Source: Moniliella sp. 'wahieum' (lineage: Eukaryota). From it: a stretch of 64,000 nucleotides of DNA. Position numbers and translations under genes: made by a program. Positions 37,501-50,400 of this stretch are shown here, one piece after another. The stretch lies in the NCBI GenBank assembly GCA_003971905.1, contig RSEE01000049.1:124001-188000 (forward strand), read 5' to 3'. The number at the start of each line of letters is the position of its first letter. Positions within the stretch are counted from its first letter, which is position 1. The notes under the pieces are model-generated. The model ran no database searches. It was not told the origin of the DNA and saw only the letters and a program-made list of their open reading frames with translations.

Positions 37501-39657
37501 GGCTGGCGCGGTACACCCAATCCTGTGCTAGAATACGCAGCCCTTGAGGGCGATGACCTAACTGCGATTCGGCTGTACGAGCACCAATACCTTGTTCCCC
37601 AAGCCTTACTGGAGAAGTACCTGGTCAACACCTTGATCGCCTCGATCATGTACGTGGGTGTGAACGTGAACCGGGCAGTGCAGGACCAGTATTATCAGCA
37701 TCTGCTGCAGTACATCCCCGGTTTCGGCCCCCGCAAGGCTACAGGCTTCATCCACGACATCAACGCCCGCCTGGAGGGATCGGTGGTCAACCGTGCCTCT
37801 CTCCTAAGCGAATCCATCCTGGGCCCTACGTGTGGCAAAACGCAGCTTCATTCCTGCGCATCCCGCGGGACGAAGAGGTGCTCGACGATATGGACAGTGC
37901 CGACCCTACCAAAGGTCCGGATGTGCTGGATAGCACCCGCGTTCACCCGAGGACTACGATTTCCCACGCAAGATGGCTGCGGATGCGCTTGAGCTGGAGG
38001 ACCAGGATTTGGAGAACCAACACCCTTCTGAGGCTTGTCGTCTTCTGATGATGCGCGAGGATGGTAAGGACAAACTTAAGGCGCTGGACATCGAGTCGTA
38101 TGCCCAGATGTTGGAGCAGGTGCGTGGACTGCACAAACTCAACACGCTCTACCTGTCTCGCTCAGAGCTCATCAAACCTTACGCCGAACGACGGGATCCA
38201 TTCCTTCTCCCACGGCAGACCAAGGGTTTACCATGTTTACCGGCGAAACGCGGAAGACGATTGATGCCGAATTGGTTGTGCCGTCCGGATCGTCCGGATC
38301 GTGGACAAGGTCCGTGCGTCGGGGGATCAATCGGGACAGGATAACTTGCCTTTCCTCTTGGTCCGTCTTGACAGCGGGATCGAAGGCAAGATCTTCGCCC
38401 CCTATGCCATACCCAACTGGGAGGAGCACTCGCGGGTGCGTCTGGCAGGCTCATTCAGTGTGAACCAGACCATCGACGCGATGATCATCCAGTTTGATCC
38501 GGTCACCGCACCGTTGAGCTGACGGCCGACCCAAGCCACTTTATTGGGGGCGATGTGGTCCATCGTGCGACAGCGAAGGATCCCCAATACTTTGACGAGT
38601 CACGTCAGGTCCAAGCTGACGGGACGACGCGGTTCGTCGCGCCCGGCAGCAGGGCAGTGTGGTGCGCATGATCAAGCATCCCAACTTCCATCATGTCAAG
38701 GCGGGCAAGGCAGAGGAGATGTTGGCGAACGAGCCGGATGGCGCAGTTATCATCCGTCCCAGTTCGCGTGGGTCAGACCACTTGGCAGTGACCTGGCGCG
38801 TGTATCCCGGAGTGTACCAGCACATTGACGTGAAGGAGTTGGACAAGGACGAGTACGCTCTCGGGCGTCGTCTTGTGGTGGGGGTGAGGTGTACTCGGAC
38901 TTGGATGAGTTGATTGTGGGGCACATTGACCCTATGTTCCGCAAGGTTCAGGAATTGGTGCACCACGACAAGTTCAAGGGAGAAGAGGACGAGCTGAACA
39001 AATACCTGTTCAACTACTGCCAAGCTAACCCTCAGAAATCGCAGTATGGGTTTGCGATCGACCGCAAGCACCCTGGGTACTTTAAGCTGCTCTTTAAGGA
39101 GCGTGCCGAAAAGAACGTGTTGGCCTGGCCGGTCAAGGTCCTTCCCAACGCCTTCGTTCTGCGCGACTCCAAATCTCCCGACGTCATCTCGCTTTGTAAC
39201 GCCTTCAAGTCGCTTTACATGGGCGTTGGCCTGAACTATCCTGGCGGGCGCACTCCCGCGTGGGGGGACGCACACCCGCTTATGGCGGCCGAACCCCAGC
39301 CTGGGGGCGGACCCCCGCGTACGGGGCAGCTCGCAGCGCTGTGCCATGGCCGGAGGGGCCACTCCACTGGCTGGCGGTCGCACACCTTATGGGGGGGCTA
39401 TGGCGGCATGGGGGGCCGTGGACCCGTTCCGCTTCGTACGCCCCTGTCGGTGGCTCGGGGGCAGCGGCTCCCAGCCCCAACCCCTATGCTCGCCGCGCTC
39501 CTGGTCCGCCGCCGCCACCGCCAGGTATGGGCCCAGGGGCTACCCCCAACGTCCGCCGATGGGGTACAATGCGCCTCCCCCTGGTCCGCCGCCCGGCCCC
39601 CCTCCGGGTCCGCCTCCTGGCCCGCCTCCCAGTCGGCCCAGTGGAGGTAAGCGATAG
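34544..39657 (+). CDS. SPT6: Transcription elongation factor / histone chaperone Spt6
   Basis: Acidic N-terminus 'DSSEEEDEDEEAAREVAEGFIVDEDEE', 'VFEPAQIEAKMLTDRDETIRKLDYPERIQ', 'YIPGFGPRKA' (HhH), 'LDSTRVHP', SH2 'RMIKHPNFH...IIRPSSRGSDHLAVTWRV'. Several indels. Confidence 0.96.
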
Positions 39658-39863
39658 AGGTTCGATGAAGTTAAGTGTTGGAAGGGCATGTTCCGTATCA
39701 AAAGAAAAACGTATACTATTCTGCCAGGATTGTTGTATCGCCGGAGCTATTAGTAGTGTGTATCCAACCGCCTTGAGATCCCGCGCAAACGCATTAGGAA
39801 GGAGCATTAGTCGTCATATCGGGTCGCACGCCATCCAAGCTTCAAGCTCAAGTGGTACTAGCC

Positions 39864-41088
39864 TTAGAGCTTGACCAATTTAGCCTGGAGCCAGACGCGG
39901 TACATCCGCTTCCGCTCTTTGCGGTTGACGAGCATTCGCCTGTCTTCAGCAGTTGGAGCGTGCGGTACAAGACGGGTCCGGTCAGCGGTTTGTAGGAAGC
40001 CGCCTCGTCCTCGGTTGCCGCTTCAGGCGGCTGGGCTTTGAATATGGACAGCAGCTCAGCCCGCTCAAAGAAGTAGACTGCATCCATAGCACAGTCAGTA
40101 GGGGTGGCACTGAATCGTACCATGCATGGATCATCCAACATACCTCGCGTCCCGTCGCCACGAACGTAGAAGTTATCCGCCAGAAGACGGTTCTTTTGAA
40201 CCGCAGTTGAGGAAGATCATACCGACCATAATCACGGAAAAGCACTTTTCCCCCTGGTTTAAGCAGCGTGGTGACATTGCGTGCTGCTGCCTCCCACTCG
40301 TCTGGGTGCAGTGCCGACAGGACAAAATGAGCACCACCACGTCCACGAGCCAGCCTCAAGACCAGGGGGAGCACAGCCCTTGTCCTGTCCTCCGGATCGG
40401 TCGCTGACAGATCCCATACATCGGCGTAGCACGAGCCCATATGGTCGGCCTTGTACACCTCCGACTTGCGAACGACTTCGATCGCCTCGGACGAGTAGTC
40501 GTACCCAAACAGCTTGAGATCAGGATTGCTATTGTCCCGGTACAGTGGAAGCAAGGTATCCCCGGCCCCGCACCCAATCTCTACCACAGTCCGAGGGCCA
40601 CTCTGACTCACAACGTTAGTGCCGCCCTTTCAAGTGATGACAGACTCACTCCTTGTTTCGCTGCCTCTTCCAGCTCACCAAACTCCGACGCGAGCCATTT
40701 GCGGTTTTTGAAAAAGTGCTCGGCATGGCTGGCGTAGAACTGGTTCCAGTATCCCGCTGGGTCGGCATGGTACTTCTCTGGTCATCGCCTAGTCAGCCAA
40801 GCCAATCGAACAAAAGTGAGCAAGACAAGGAAGACGCACCGGCATCTTCTTTCTCGACGGCCGTCAGCGCTTGGGCATCCAACTTGGCCTGGATTTCCTC
40901 CATGTAATCCGGCGGGGGCTGGACGTGGTCCCACGCATTGTGTTCCCCACAGCCTCGTCGCTATCATCCTTAAGCAGGCGGGTGCCAAACACATGCTCTC
41001 CACTCTTCTGGAGGATGGCTTGAGCCTCGGTTTCCGTCTTGGGCCGCTCGGTGCGTGAGGAGGCGGCTGTGTCAGGTGTCGAGCTCAT
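39864..41088 (-). CDS. TRM140: tRNA m3C methyltransferase (Trm140/METTL2 family)
   Basis: 'FGTRLL', 'YWNQFYASHAEHFFKNRKWLASEF', 'VVEIGCGAGDT', 'LKPGGKVLFRDYGRYDLPQLRFK', 'DRRMLVNRKERKRMYRVWLQAK'. Confidence 0.9.
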
Positions 41089-41547
41089 TTGGGAGATAGG
41101 TGATGGGGAGTCTTTCGGAGTGCGCTTCGGTTTTTCTTTTTTTCCCTCTGACGAAGACGACGAGCTTGAAGCTTGAAGATGACAAGAACTTGAAATTGCA
41201 GTGTGTGTGGTGTGGGTAAACGGTGGCCGCCCTCTGCACCATCAGAGGTCTACCGATCAGACGGATCAATTCCAGCTCTCTAGCTCCTAGCCAGGTTACT
41301 ACACACATGCCGTGACACTGCCGATAATGGCAGCTGGATCGGCAGCACACAATGCATACTTAGAGAGAAGAGACATTATGTATAGGAAAGAAGACCATCT
41401 CTGTAACATGTGTAAGAGGCGCCAATTAAACGCTGTTGTTTCACAGCGGGCGTTTCGAGTGCCATAACGCATAATAATGGCCGGTAACCGGTAACACCGC
41501 CAGAACGGAGCCAGAAGGGTATGATCCCATCTTGCACCATTCACACT

Positions 41548-44275
41548 TCACGCATGGCCTGCCATCATTCGGGCAACTTCGTCACTTGTACCGTCGGCCC
41601 GGGTCTCGGTGACCAGGGCGCTTCCTAAGGTCCAGCCCACAGGGCGACCCATGGCTTCATCGGAGCGGTCCAGGAGGAGCTCAAGATCCTGTTTACTCAA
41701 CTCGCGACTTTGCTCGTCATCCGTATCCAAGCGTACCAAGTCGCGGACTTCAGTACTCTTGGAGAAGGCAGTCCAATTCAACAGACGACGCTTGGAGATG
41801 ACCAACTCCTCCAGCCGACGCTTGGACTGGGCAGAGTTGAGGATTCGCTGTTCAATCGTACTGGCCGCAGCAAGACGGAATACCAAAACTGGCTTGGTCT
41901 GGCCGATCCGATGCGCCCGATCCTGGGCCTGGGCGTCCACGGCAGGGTTCCAGTCACTATCATAGAAGATAACCGTATCGGCGGAAGCAAGGTTGATGCC
42001 CAATCCGCCCGCTCGAGTCGAAAGGATGAAGATGCCCCCCCTGCGCCTTGGGACTGTTAAACGCCTCCATTTGTTCCCGTCGCTCTAAACCCGAAGTATT
42101 GCCGTCGATACGGCAAGGCGGCTCCCCAAACTCATCCTCGATCCAGATAGAGAGAAGGTCCATCTGAGTCGTAAATTCAGAAGATCAGGACGCGGTGTCC
42201 GCGGTCCAAAAGCATATGAAGCAAGCGAGAGAGCAGGCCCATTTTCCCACTGGCCGTAAAATTTCCTTCATTTGAAGCGTGCCGGACTCGTCATGCGGCC
42301 AATGGAGGAGGAATGGATGGTTGCAAATCTTGCGCAGCTGCATCACCAAGTTGTCCAGATGCAATGACCGTACCTCTTTCAGTGCTTCTTTGACCGCCGA
42401 AATGTCAGACTCGCGGAAGCCGTGAGCCGCTGGATTTGGCGGCCCAGGCACAGGCTGAGACCGCTTTGCGAGGAAGGAGAGGTCGTTGTCGCCTGTTCGT
42501 CAAAGGAATAATCGAGCGCTTTTTGTGCAGCCTTCCTCCGTGGACGCAACGCATGGCGGTAGGCGATTGTCGTTCCTGCTTCCGCTTTATCTTCCTCCTC
42601 GCTCTCGGCTAGAGGGGTAAGAGTCTCCTTGTGTTCCGGTGCATCAATGTAAGACATAATCGCTACCGCCTGCTTCTCACTTAGCCCCGTCTTGAGTTGC
42701 ACCAGGAGATTGCGCAGCGTGCCATTAATCGCTGCATTGTACAAATCCGCCTGGGCCGGGGTGATGCGGGCATACAGCAAATACTCCTTTTTCGGCGGGA
42801 GGCTGCGTTCGACATCCGTCTTGAGCCGCCGCAGCATGAACGGCTTAAGAATGGCATGAAGCTGGCTTACCATCTGTTTGGTCTGGACCAAGCTCATGCT
42901 TTTCTTTTTCTTCCGAGTCTGGGAGGTGTTGTTCGCATCCTGAAAATCAAACCATTCTTCGAACGTGTTGAGATCGTCAAAGATGTCTGGAAGGATGAAG
43001 TTGAGCAGTGACCAGAGCTCCGTCAGGTTGTTCTGCAATGAGAAGTCAGCTGAGAGAAGACGTAAAAGAAGGAGGGGGTGCACACACCTGCAGAGGCGTG
43101 CCGGTCAAGATGAGGCGCTGACTTGTCTGATATTTTTTCAGTACTTGGGTCAACTTGGAGTTGTAATTTTTGAGCCTTTGGGCCTCGTCCACCACAATGT
43201 AAGTCCAGGGGTACTGCTGCAACCCGGCAGAGTCTTGTAGGATCATCTGATACGAGGTGATCAACGGGGAAATTGACAGCTCCGGGCGTTGGGTTACTTC
43301 TTGATGGTTGCGGCTGTTGGAAGAAGAGATGTTCAGCACGAAGCTTTGCACGTGTGCCCGCCGAGCCATGGTACACGATGGAGGGGATGTCGGGGGTAAA
43401 GCGTTGGAATTCCGAATGCCAGTTGTAGATCGTGCTCAGCGGGGCAACAACCAAGAAAGGGCCCCAAACCCCGTGAGCGCGCAAGTGAGCAAAGAAGGAG
43501 ATGGTTTGCAACGTCTTTCCTAGACCCATCTCGTCCGCCAAGATTCCGTTTAGGCCATTCTCATATAAGGACACGAGCCACGCCACCCCTTCCAATTGGT
43601 AATTGCGCAGCGCGCCCGTAACCAGCGCAGGTTGGACCAGCGCCTCCTCATCCGGCGCTGAAGGAACAGATTCCTCCGTTTTGACAGCGACAGGCTGATC
43701 CTTACTTCCCTTGCCCCGCTTGCTTCGTCTGAAGGATGCATCTTCGCTGCCCCCTTTGGCAAGATCTTCCTCGTTCAAATAATCGCTGACACGAAGGTCG
43801 GGACGTCTGCGCTTGCGCGTAGAACGAGTGGTAGGGGCAGGGCGTGCAGAGCTTGCCTCCTCCGCCTCCGTCTTGGCGCGGGCAGGAGCAGCGCGGGGCC
43901 GCGCCGCCCGTTCTTTAGCCATCCGCTCCCCCATGATCTTGGCGTAAATACCCGAACGCGCCAAGAGCGCATTGAGCTTCTTCATGCGCATCTCTTTTTC
44001 CTAAACAAGTCTAGTCAGCATCAACATTCAATACAAAAATGAGACATTATGGAAGCGCACCCTTCGCTCTTCCTCATCCTCATCCGTGTCCTCTTCCTTT
44101 TCTTCGTCCTTCTCATCCGCTCCAACCTTCTCTGTGGAAGGCTTGGGCGGTCGATCTCCATGTCGACCGCGTCGTCGGCAGAAGTGTCGGCCTTCGCGGG
44201 ACTGGCGGTGGTGCGGGGAGAAGGAGAGACGGTCTTATCAGGGTCGACGGAGGTGCTGCGTGTGAGTGTGGACAT
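41548..44275 (-). CDS. IRC5: SNF2-family chromatin remodeller, LSH/HELLS/DDM1/Irc5 subfamily
   Basis: '[45 protein letters not shown]', '[11 protein letters not shown]', '[13 protein letters not shown]', '[11 protein letters not shown]', '[12 protein letters not shown]', '[34 protein letters not shown]'. Confidence 0.88.
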
Positions 44276-45567
44276 GGGCCTGGCAGCGATTCTCGCAGTG
44301 GTGGGATGAAGCTTGAAGGTTGAGACTGACCGTGCATGCAGCCGAAATGTCCCTCGTCGGCGTTCAGCGGCTCAGCCGTGAGGCTCACGCGTTCAACGTT
44401 AAGTTTAACGTTCAACGTTCAACCTGAAAGAAACCCTCGCAGTGTGTACTCAAAGCCCCCAGCACCTGGGCACTGTGCGTGCGGGACGTTTGCGCGACGC
44501 GTCTGGGCCAGCGTGACGCGTGATTGGTAGTTGCATCGCGTCGCGGGTATCATCGATCATCGATCATCGATCATCGACATCCCTCCGAGCTGGCGTCCTC
44601 TTCAAGTTTCAAGCTGCCTCCAGGTCCTGGTCCCTCGCTTCGCCGGCACTCGGTTACGTACGCGGACTTGCTCCACACGTGACGTGTGATATCTCACGTG
44701 ATATGTGATCGCGTTGCGAAGCTATCAGAAGGCGGTGTGGGCTGGTACGGGGCCCCGGGGACGCCCGAGTGGCTTGTCCAGGCGATCAGAGACTCAGCAT
44801 GAGGCACTTTCTGGCACGCCACTTGGCGAGAAGCAATGGTTAATGGGCCGCCAGGCTACGTCAGCATCAGATCTAAGATTCCAAGAGTAAACACTGGCCA
44901 GCTGAGAGGCAGAGGCTGTGCCTCCGCACGAGCAGGCTTCTCAGCGCCAGCATTGAGAATTCAGATCAACAGCCCACATTCGATGGGCGAACAAGTACTG
45001 GTTCGGATGTGCCGTCGATGTGTGTGCTCGAAGATCGATGAGGCCGACGAGGGCCCGACCCCAAACCCAGGCCTTTGCAGGCTTACAAGAGGTAAGGCCA
45101 TCCGACTCAGTCGGTCCACCCGCAGCGTCACAGAGAACCCGACACACAGCTTATCTCTATGTTCCAATCTCTATATGGCCCACTTCTGCTACAAGCTGCC
45201 ACAGAGGGCCATTAATCATTCATCATCATGATCCATCCGCTCGCATCGTGCGAATCGTCATCATCTCTCTTTTTCGTCCCCGTCAACGTCAACCAGGTTG
45301 CCCCACACTAGTGAGTACGCGGCCATATTGCGCACCAAGAACAACATCATCCACACACACACGCACACACCACCAGCGGACAGATGATGACTGTGTGGAA
45401 TGCTACACTGGTATAAAAGGTTCTCCTTCAAGTTGACACTCCCTTTTATTTTCCTCAGACCTCTGGTCACCTACAACCCTCTCCTACACCAACCCTTCTC
45501 ACCTCACACCCTTCAACAACCTCCTTGGTTGTGTTGCACCCAACTCGCCAACAACCACGACAAAGAC

Positions 45568-46667
45568 ATGGGAAAACAAAACCGCCAGAACGCCAACAGC
45601 CAACAGGTCGAGTCCACGGTGATTCCCAAACAGGTATGGCAATAGCCTAGCTCCCATTGCCCCTCTACGCTTTATCTAACTCCCAATCCCTTTCTTCATC
45701 CTTTCTTCTTCAGGCCGGTGGTGTTTTGTTCCAGTCGGCTGAGCCTGTGCTGGCTGCGACTGCAAAGCAGGTACGCTTGCCCCACGTGACGTCCAAACCA
45801 TGGACGCGCGAGGCCTGGGAGCGTGCCAAGCCATGGGTGATGGAACAGCGACAAAAGCTGGAAGATCGTCATTGGACCCAAGCAGATCCTTTGCGCACCG
45901 AGCTGTTTGCGTTGCGAAAACCTGCGTCGTCTTCCGCCGACACGGAAGATGGGTACATTTACATTCACATGCCGCGTAAATGGATTGACTTTATTCGCTC
46001 TGGCAAGACCGACGAGGACCTTGCAACGGAGGAAGCAGCCAAGGGTCACCGCCACCAGCGTGTCCAGCACAGGCGTCATGCGCCTTCGTACGAGATGGCT
46101 TCTTCGGAGATTTGGCCCGTCCGAGTGGAGCAGTCGGAGGAGCACCCCGCCACTGTAGTGCTCGATACCGACGAGGCATTGGAGAACATGCTGTACCTTC
46201 TTATGTGTCTTCAACCTGGTCTGGTCCGTCTGCACGCCGAGCGCACCAATGTCGTCCAGCCGCTCACGAAGCAGGTCGACGTGCATCGGGAAGACGATGC
46301 TCCTTCTATCCGGATTCGCGCCATGGTCGCCGACCAGGAGTCGTATGTCCGCCTCCTCCCACCTAGCTACTGGGTCAAACGCAATGCTCAGCAACTGCTC
46401 ACCATCTTGGGCCAACGGGAGTACGAGGCAACGTTAGCGGCAAGTCAGGACCCCGCCCGTTCCACTCAACGCACAGTGACCAACGTCACGGACCGTGCGT
46501 GGGAAGAGCATTGCCGTCCGAGCCCAAGAACAAGAAAAGAGTCAAGAAAGCACAACGCCCTTCGGCGGCGATGCAGGATGCTGCCCTGCTTGCCTCTCCC
46601 GCCGCTTGACCAGCTCCGACTCTCATACCTCACACAGTACTCGTGCGCCCTCATCTCGCTCTTCTGA
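45568..46667 (+). CDS. Hypothetical protein (orphan); 3' end uncertain
   Basis: TATAAAA 45412-45418, C/A-rich leader, ATG 45568, GTATGG..CTAAC..CAG intron (about 45634-45713) splicing into a 336-aa ORF. No family recognised. Confidence 0.6.
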
Positions 46668-47439
46668 TTTTGGCTATCTCTCTTCGGTATTACGACAGAG
46701 AGTGGCACAAGGTGAACTATTTACAATGCTGTGGCTTCCCAAGTCACAATCCAAATCCCCTGTTCTGATGCTCCCACGAACCTCTTCTTCTCCAAAAGAA
46801 GTACGACCACACAACGGACTGTGCATTGATTTCTTTTCCAAAACATATACTACTGCAGTGTGTATAGCAGAGATTACTTGATGGTTTACCCCACCTTATT
46901 GATTTTTGAGATATGTAAGACAAAGTTTTTGAGCTGCGCTCCATCAGGAAACCCCCCGAAAGAAAACTTACGCCGCTCCGCCTCTCATCATGCCGGTTCG
47001 CCCCAATAACCGTACTCACGAGCGAGCAATAGGCCCAGAGGCGCAAGAGGAGGTACCGATTACCTGTCCATATGTAACTACGCCTACCCACTCTCACCAC
47101 CGTCCGTTCGGTTGCCACAAAGCCATCCATAAAATATCCATACTAAAGTACAGTGCCTGTTGGCAGCGAGCGGGGAGCAGAGGCACAAGCCTTAGTAAGT
47201 AATGCAACAGTGAGCAGTGGCACGATCCAGGGCAAGTCTTTTCAGGAGAGGGTGAAGAGTGGGGCCAGTTATACAAGTTATACAGGGGGAATAGTAGCAG
47301 TATAGTACAGAGCAGAAGCCGACAAGCCCGGCCGCGGTGGTGAGGGTGCCAGAGCGAAGGAGAGGAGTGTGGGCGCTTGGCATACTCGTCTTGTGTGGAA
47401 TCGACGGCACAGACACACTTCTGCGAACAGGAACGAGCT

Positions 47440-50400
47440 TATTCAGTGTGGTGCACTCGGTGCCAACCCGAGCAGATCCATCGCGGGTTGCAAGCCGTCG
47501 GCAGTGGACGTGCCAACTGCAGCTCCGGGAGCTGCAGGCCTACCAATGGCAGGAAAAGGGTACCCCTTTGCATCCCGTTCATCCCGTTCATTCCCATCAG
47601 CTGGTTCATCGGGGAGGCCCAGGGGGAAGAAAGTCCAGTACCTGGTACAGCCTGCAGCGCCGTAGACACTGGCCCTGTCCCCGCTCGCCTGCCCGAGTGC
47701 GGAAGAGGCAGCAGCATCCCCGTCCCTACCCAGCACCACCACCACTACAGCCTCCACCAGGACTGGGCGCGCCAAACACGCCTGGCACATGACCCTGCGC
47801 ATGCAGACTCACATCCAACAAGAATCCCAGTCCCCACGCATCAGCGGCTCGTACGCCGCAGACCGCGGTGGTGGGCTGGGCAGGGCAAAGTCCGATGCAG
47901 GCGCTGGCGGCGCTGATGGCGGCACTGATGGCGGGGGCGGGGCAGTAGGCACGCCGACGGTCCAGTGGCCGAGGCGCGAGGGGCCAAAATGGCCCGGTGG
48001 AGGTACGGTGCTGCAGAGTAGGAGCGATCGGGCAGCGGCGGGCTGCATAGCCAGGTGCTGGGTAGTGTTTAGGGGGCGAGGGGTGAGGGATGCCACTCCC
48101 ACTCCCACTCCCACTCCCACTCCCCGCGACGGGAGGGGGAGGGAGCGGTCGCGTGGTCACATTGGGCGCTGAACCGGGACGAAGGGTGGTGGGGTTTGCG
48201 TGTGCTGTTGGTGCTGGTGTTGGTGCAGCTGCGGAGGGACCGCGGTGCTTAGTTTACTCCGGTCGGCCGGAGCAGGGGCACGGTGGCGCTTTTTGATCAC
48301 GTCCGTCTTCATGCTCAGTGGTCGGTTGTGCTGGTGCAGTTTGTAAAACAGGCCACAGGCGTTGCACAGCGGATGACCTTGCGGGTCGCGGCGCCAGAGC
48401 GGCGTCTTGATCGTGTGGCAGTTGGAACAGTGCATCCCGGCTTGGTCTTTGTTCGTGCCGTCTCCACTGGGAGCACTGGAAGCAGGGGGGACAGCCAAAC
48501 TCGCTCGTCGACTGGGGGCACGGTGCGGGCAACCGGTGCGCTCGCGCTCGTGCCTGTTCCCGCGCCCGTGCTCGCACCCGCTCCATCAACTAGGCACTGC
48601 CTTGATTTCGTCCGGCGTGCCTGGCACCGATGCTGGACCCGAACCAATGGGACCAGAGGAAAAAGGGCGCAAAGCGGGACGGATCGTGCGACTGCGATTT
48701 GGCCGCCAGACAGCCCGGGCCAGACCGGACCGCTTCCCCTGCTCCCGAGCCATTGGCGGTCCCGGTGGAGAGCGTCTGACGTCCTTCGCTCCAGCTCAAA
48801 GCAGGGAGGGGGGAAGCGTCAGAACGAGCGCGTCGGTGTTGCCGTTGATGAACATGTTCATCAAGGCTTGCATCTCCCCTCCTGCTGACACGGGACGCTC
48901 AGGGGGACTGGGGCGCGAAAGTGTTGCTTTGGTATACAAGAACCCGTTCTCCTCGGTAGCTTTGTGGGCCGGTGGGGGTGCAGATGCCTGCTCCCCTGGG
49001 GAGGAAGGATGAGCCAACGCATCAAACAAAGCCGTCGGGGCCGCATCGGGCGGAGTGGCTTTCTCGGCCTGGACACACGCCGGATCCGGGGCAGGAAGCG
49101 CAAAGTCAAATGCCGGAGCAACTGTGGTGCAAGTCGAGGTAACTGCATCGCGTTCGTTTCCTTCCGCCTCGGCCTCGAGGTAAGTGGGCCAGCGACTCAA
49201 TCCCCTGGCTACCCGTTCGTCGGGCGAAGCACCCGTCCTAGCGCGCGAGGGGGGGTGCTGCCCCGCTGTAGCTCCCCTCTTTCAGGCAGGCACAGCCAAC
49301 GTGAACTTGCTCTTGGACCGAGCCCGCGCAATCCATCTTCCTCAACTTGGCTGGCGGCGCAGGGCCGCGCGAAAGGGACGTTGGTCGCGCATCTTGTGAT
49401 CAAAGCTGGTTTTGCGCACCATGCGAGGCAGAAACCCGTACTCGGGATCCTGGTTCCCGTCGCGCCCACATAATCCCCCAGCCCCGCCACGCTGCCCAAC
49501 ATGCACGCTGGCGCGCCCAGGGCTTGGGCAGGGCCCATGCCCAACTCTTCCAACGTCCACTCGGCCATCGGCTCCAGCCCCGGTAAGCGGCGCTGCGCTG
49601 CCTCTCCCCTCTGTCTCTGTCTCTGTCTCCGCCGAGACGAGGCCGAGGCCAGTGTCAGTTGCGACTGCGCCGCAGCAGCTGTGGCCAACTGGGCTGCTGC
49701 TGCCGAGACGGCTGCTTCCCACTCGGGCGTGTTAGGGTCCAAGCCTTGAGCCGCTGCCGCGCGCGCGGCTGCAGTGGCCAAGGTAGCGCAGCAACAGCGG
49801 TGCCAGCAGAGGTGGCAGCAGCGGTGGTAGGCGCCTCCGTTACCGCACCTGGCCAAGCCCTCGTCCTGGGGCGAGAATAGGAAGGGGCAAACAAATCGAT
49901 GTGCACGGCGGCACGAAAGCGTTTGCTGAGCAGTTCATGCCGCCTTGCTCGGTCCCGCTCTTGCGTGGGATCGAGAGCGGGGCCGGAGACGGGCGGGGGC
50001 GGTCGAGGTAGGTGAGATAGCTGGATCCGACCCTCCTACCTGCTTGTCCTCTGCCACGTTGTCCAGCCCCCTTCCGCGAGGAAGAAGGGATGGCGGTATC
50101 ATACATCGCGGCCAAGTTGGTGGGATGGCGAGCGCGGGAGATGGAGCAGGCGGCACGGGTGCCACGCCAGTCCATTGTGGATACACTACGGGAACGAGAG
50201 CGGGACGTGGACGTGGTCCGCCATTCCATCGTCTCCTCTTGGGCCGCGGGTGGGCCCGGGGTCAAAGGGAGGCTGTTAGAGACGGAAAACGTTACTCCTA
50301 CCCCGCGTGGAGAAGGAGCAGGCAAGGAGCAAGAGCAGGAGCAAGACCAACGCAGGAGGGGTGGGTGGCATGGGATTGCTCCCTGGACCGGGGCGGCACT

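Noticed and set aside
48093..48123. (CCACTC)n hexamer repeat, and similar hexamer repeats at about 55818 and 57988
   Set aside because: Coding microsatellites (GS or PA runs) inside areA and SYT1; period 6 and unrelated to the 7-bp system.
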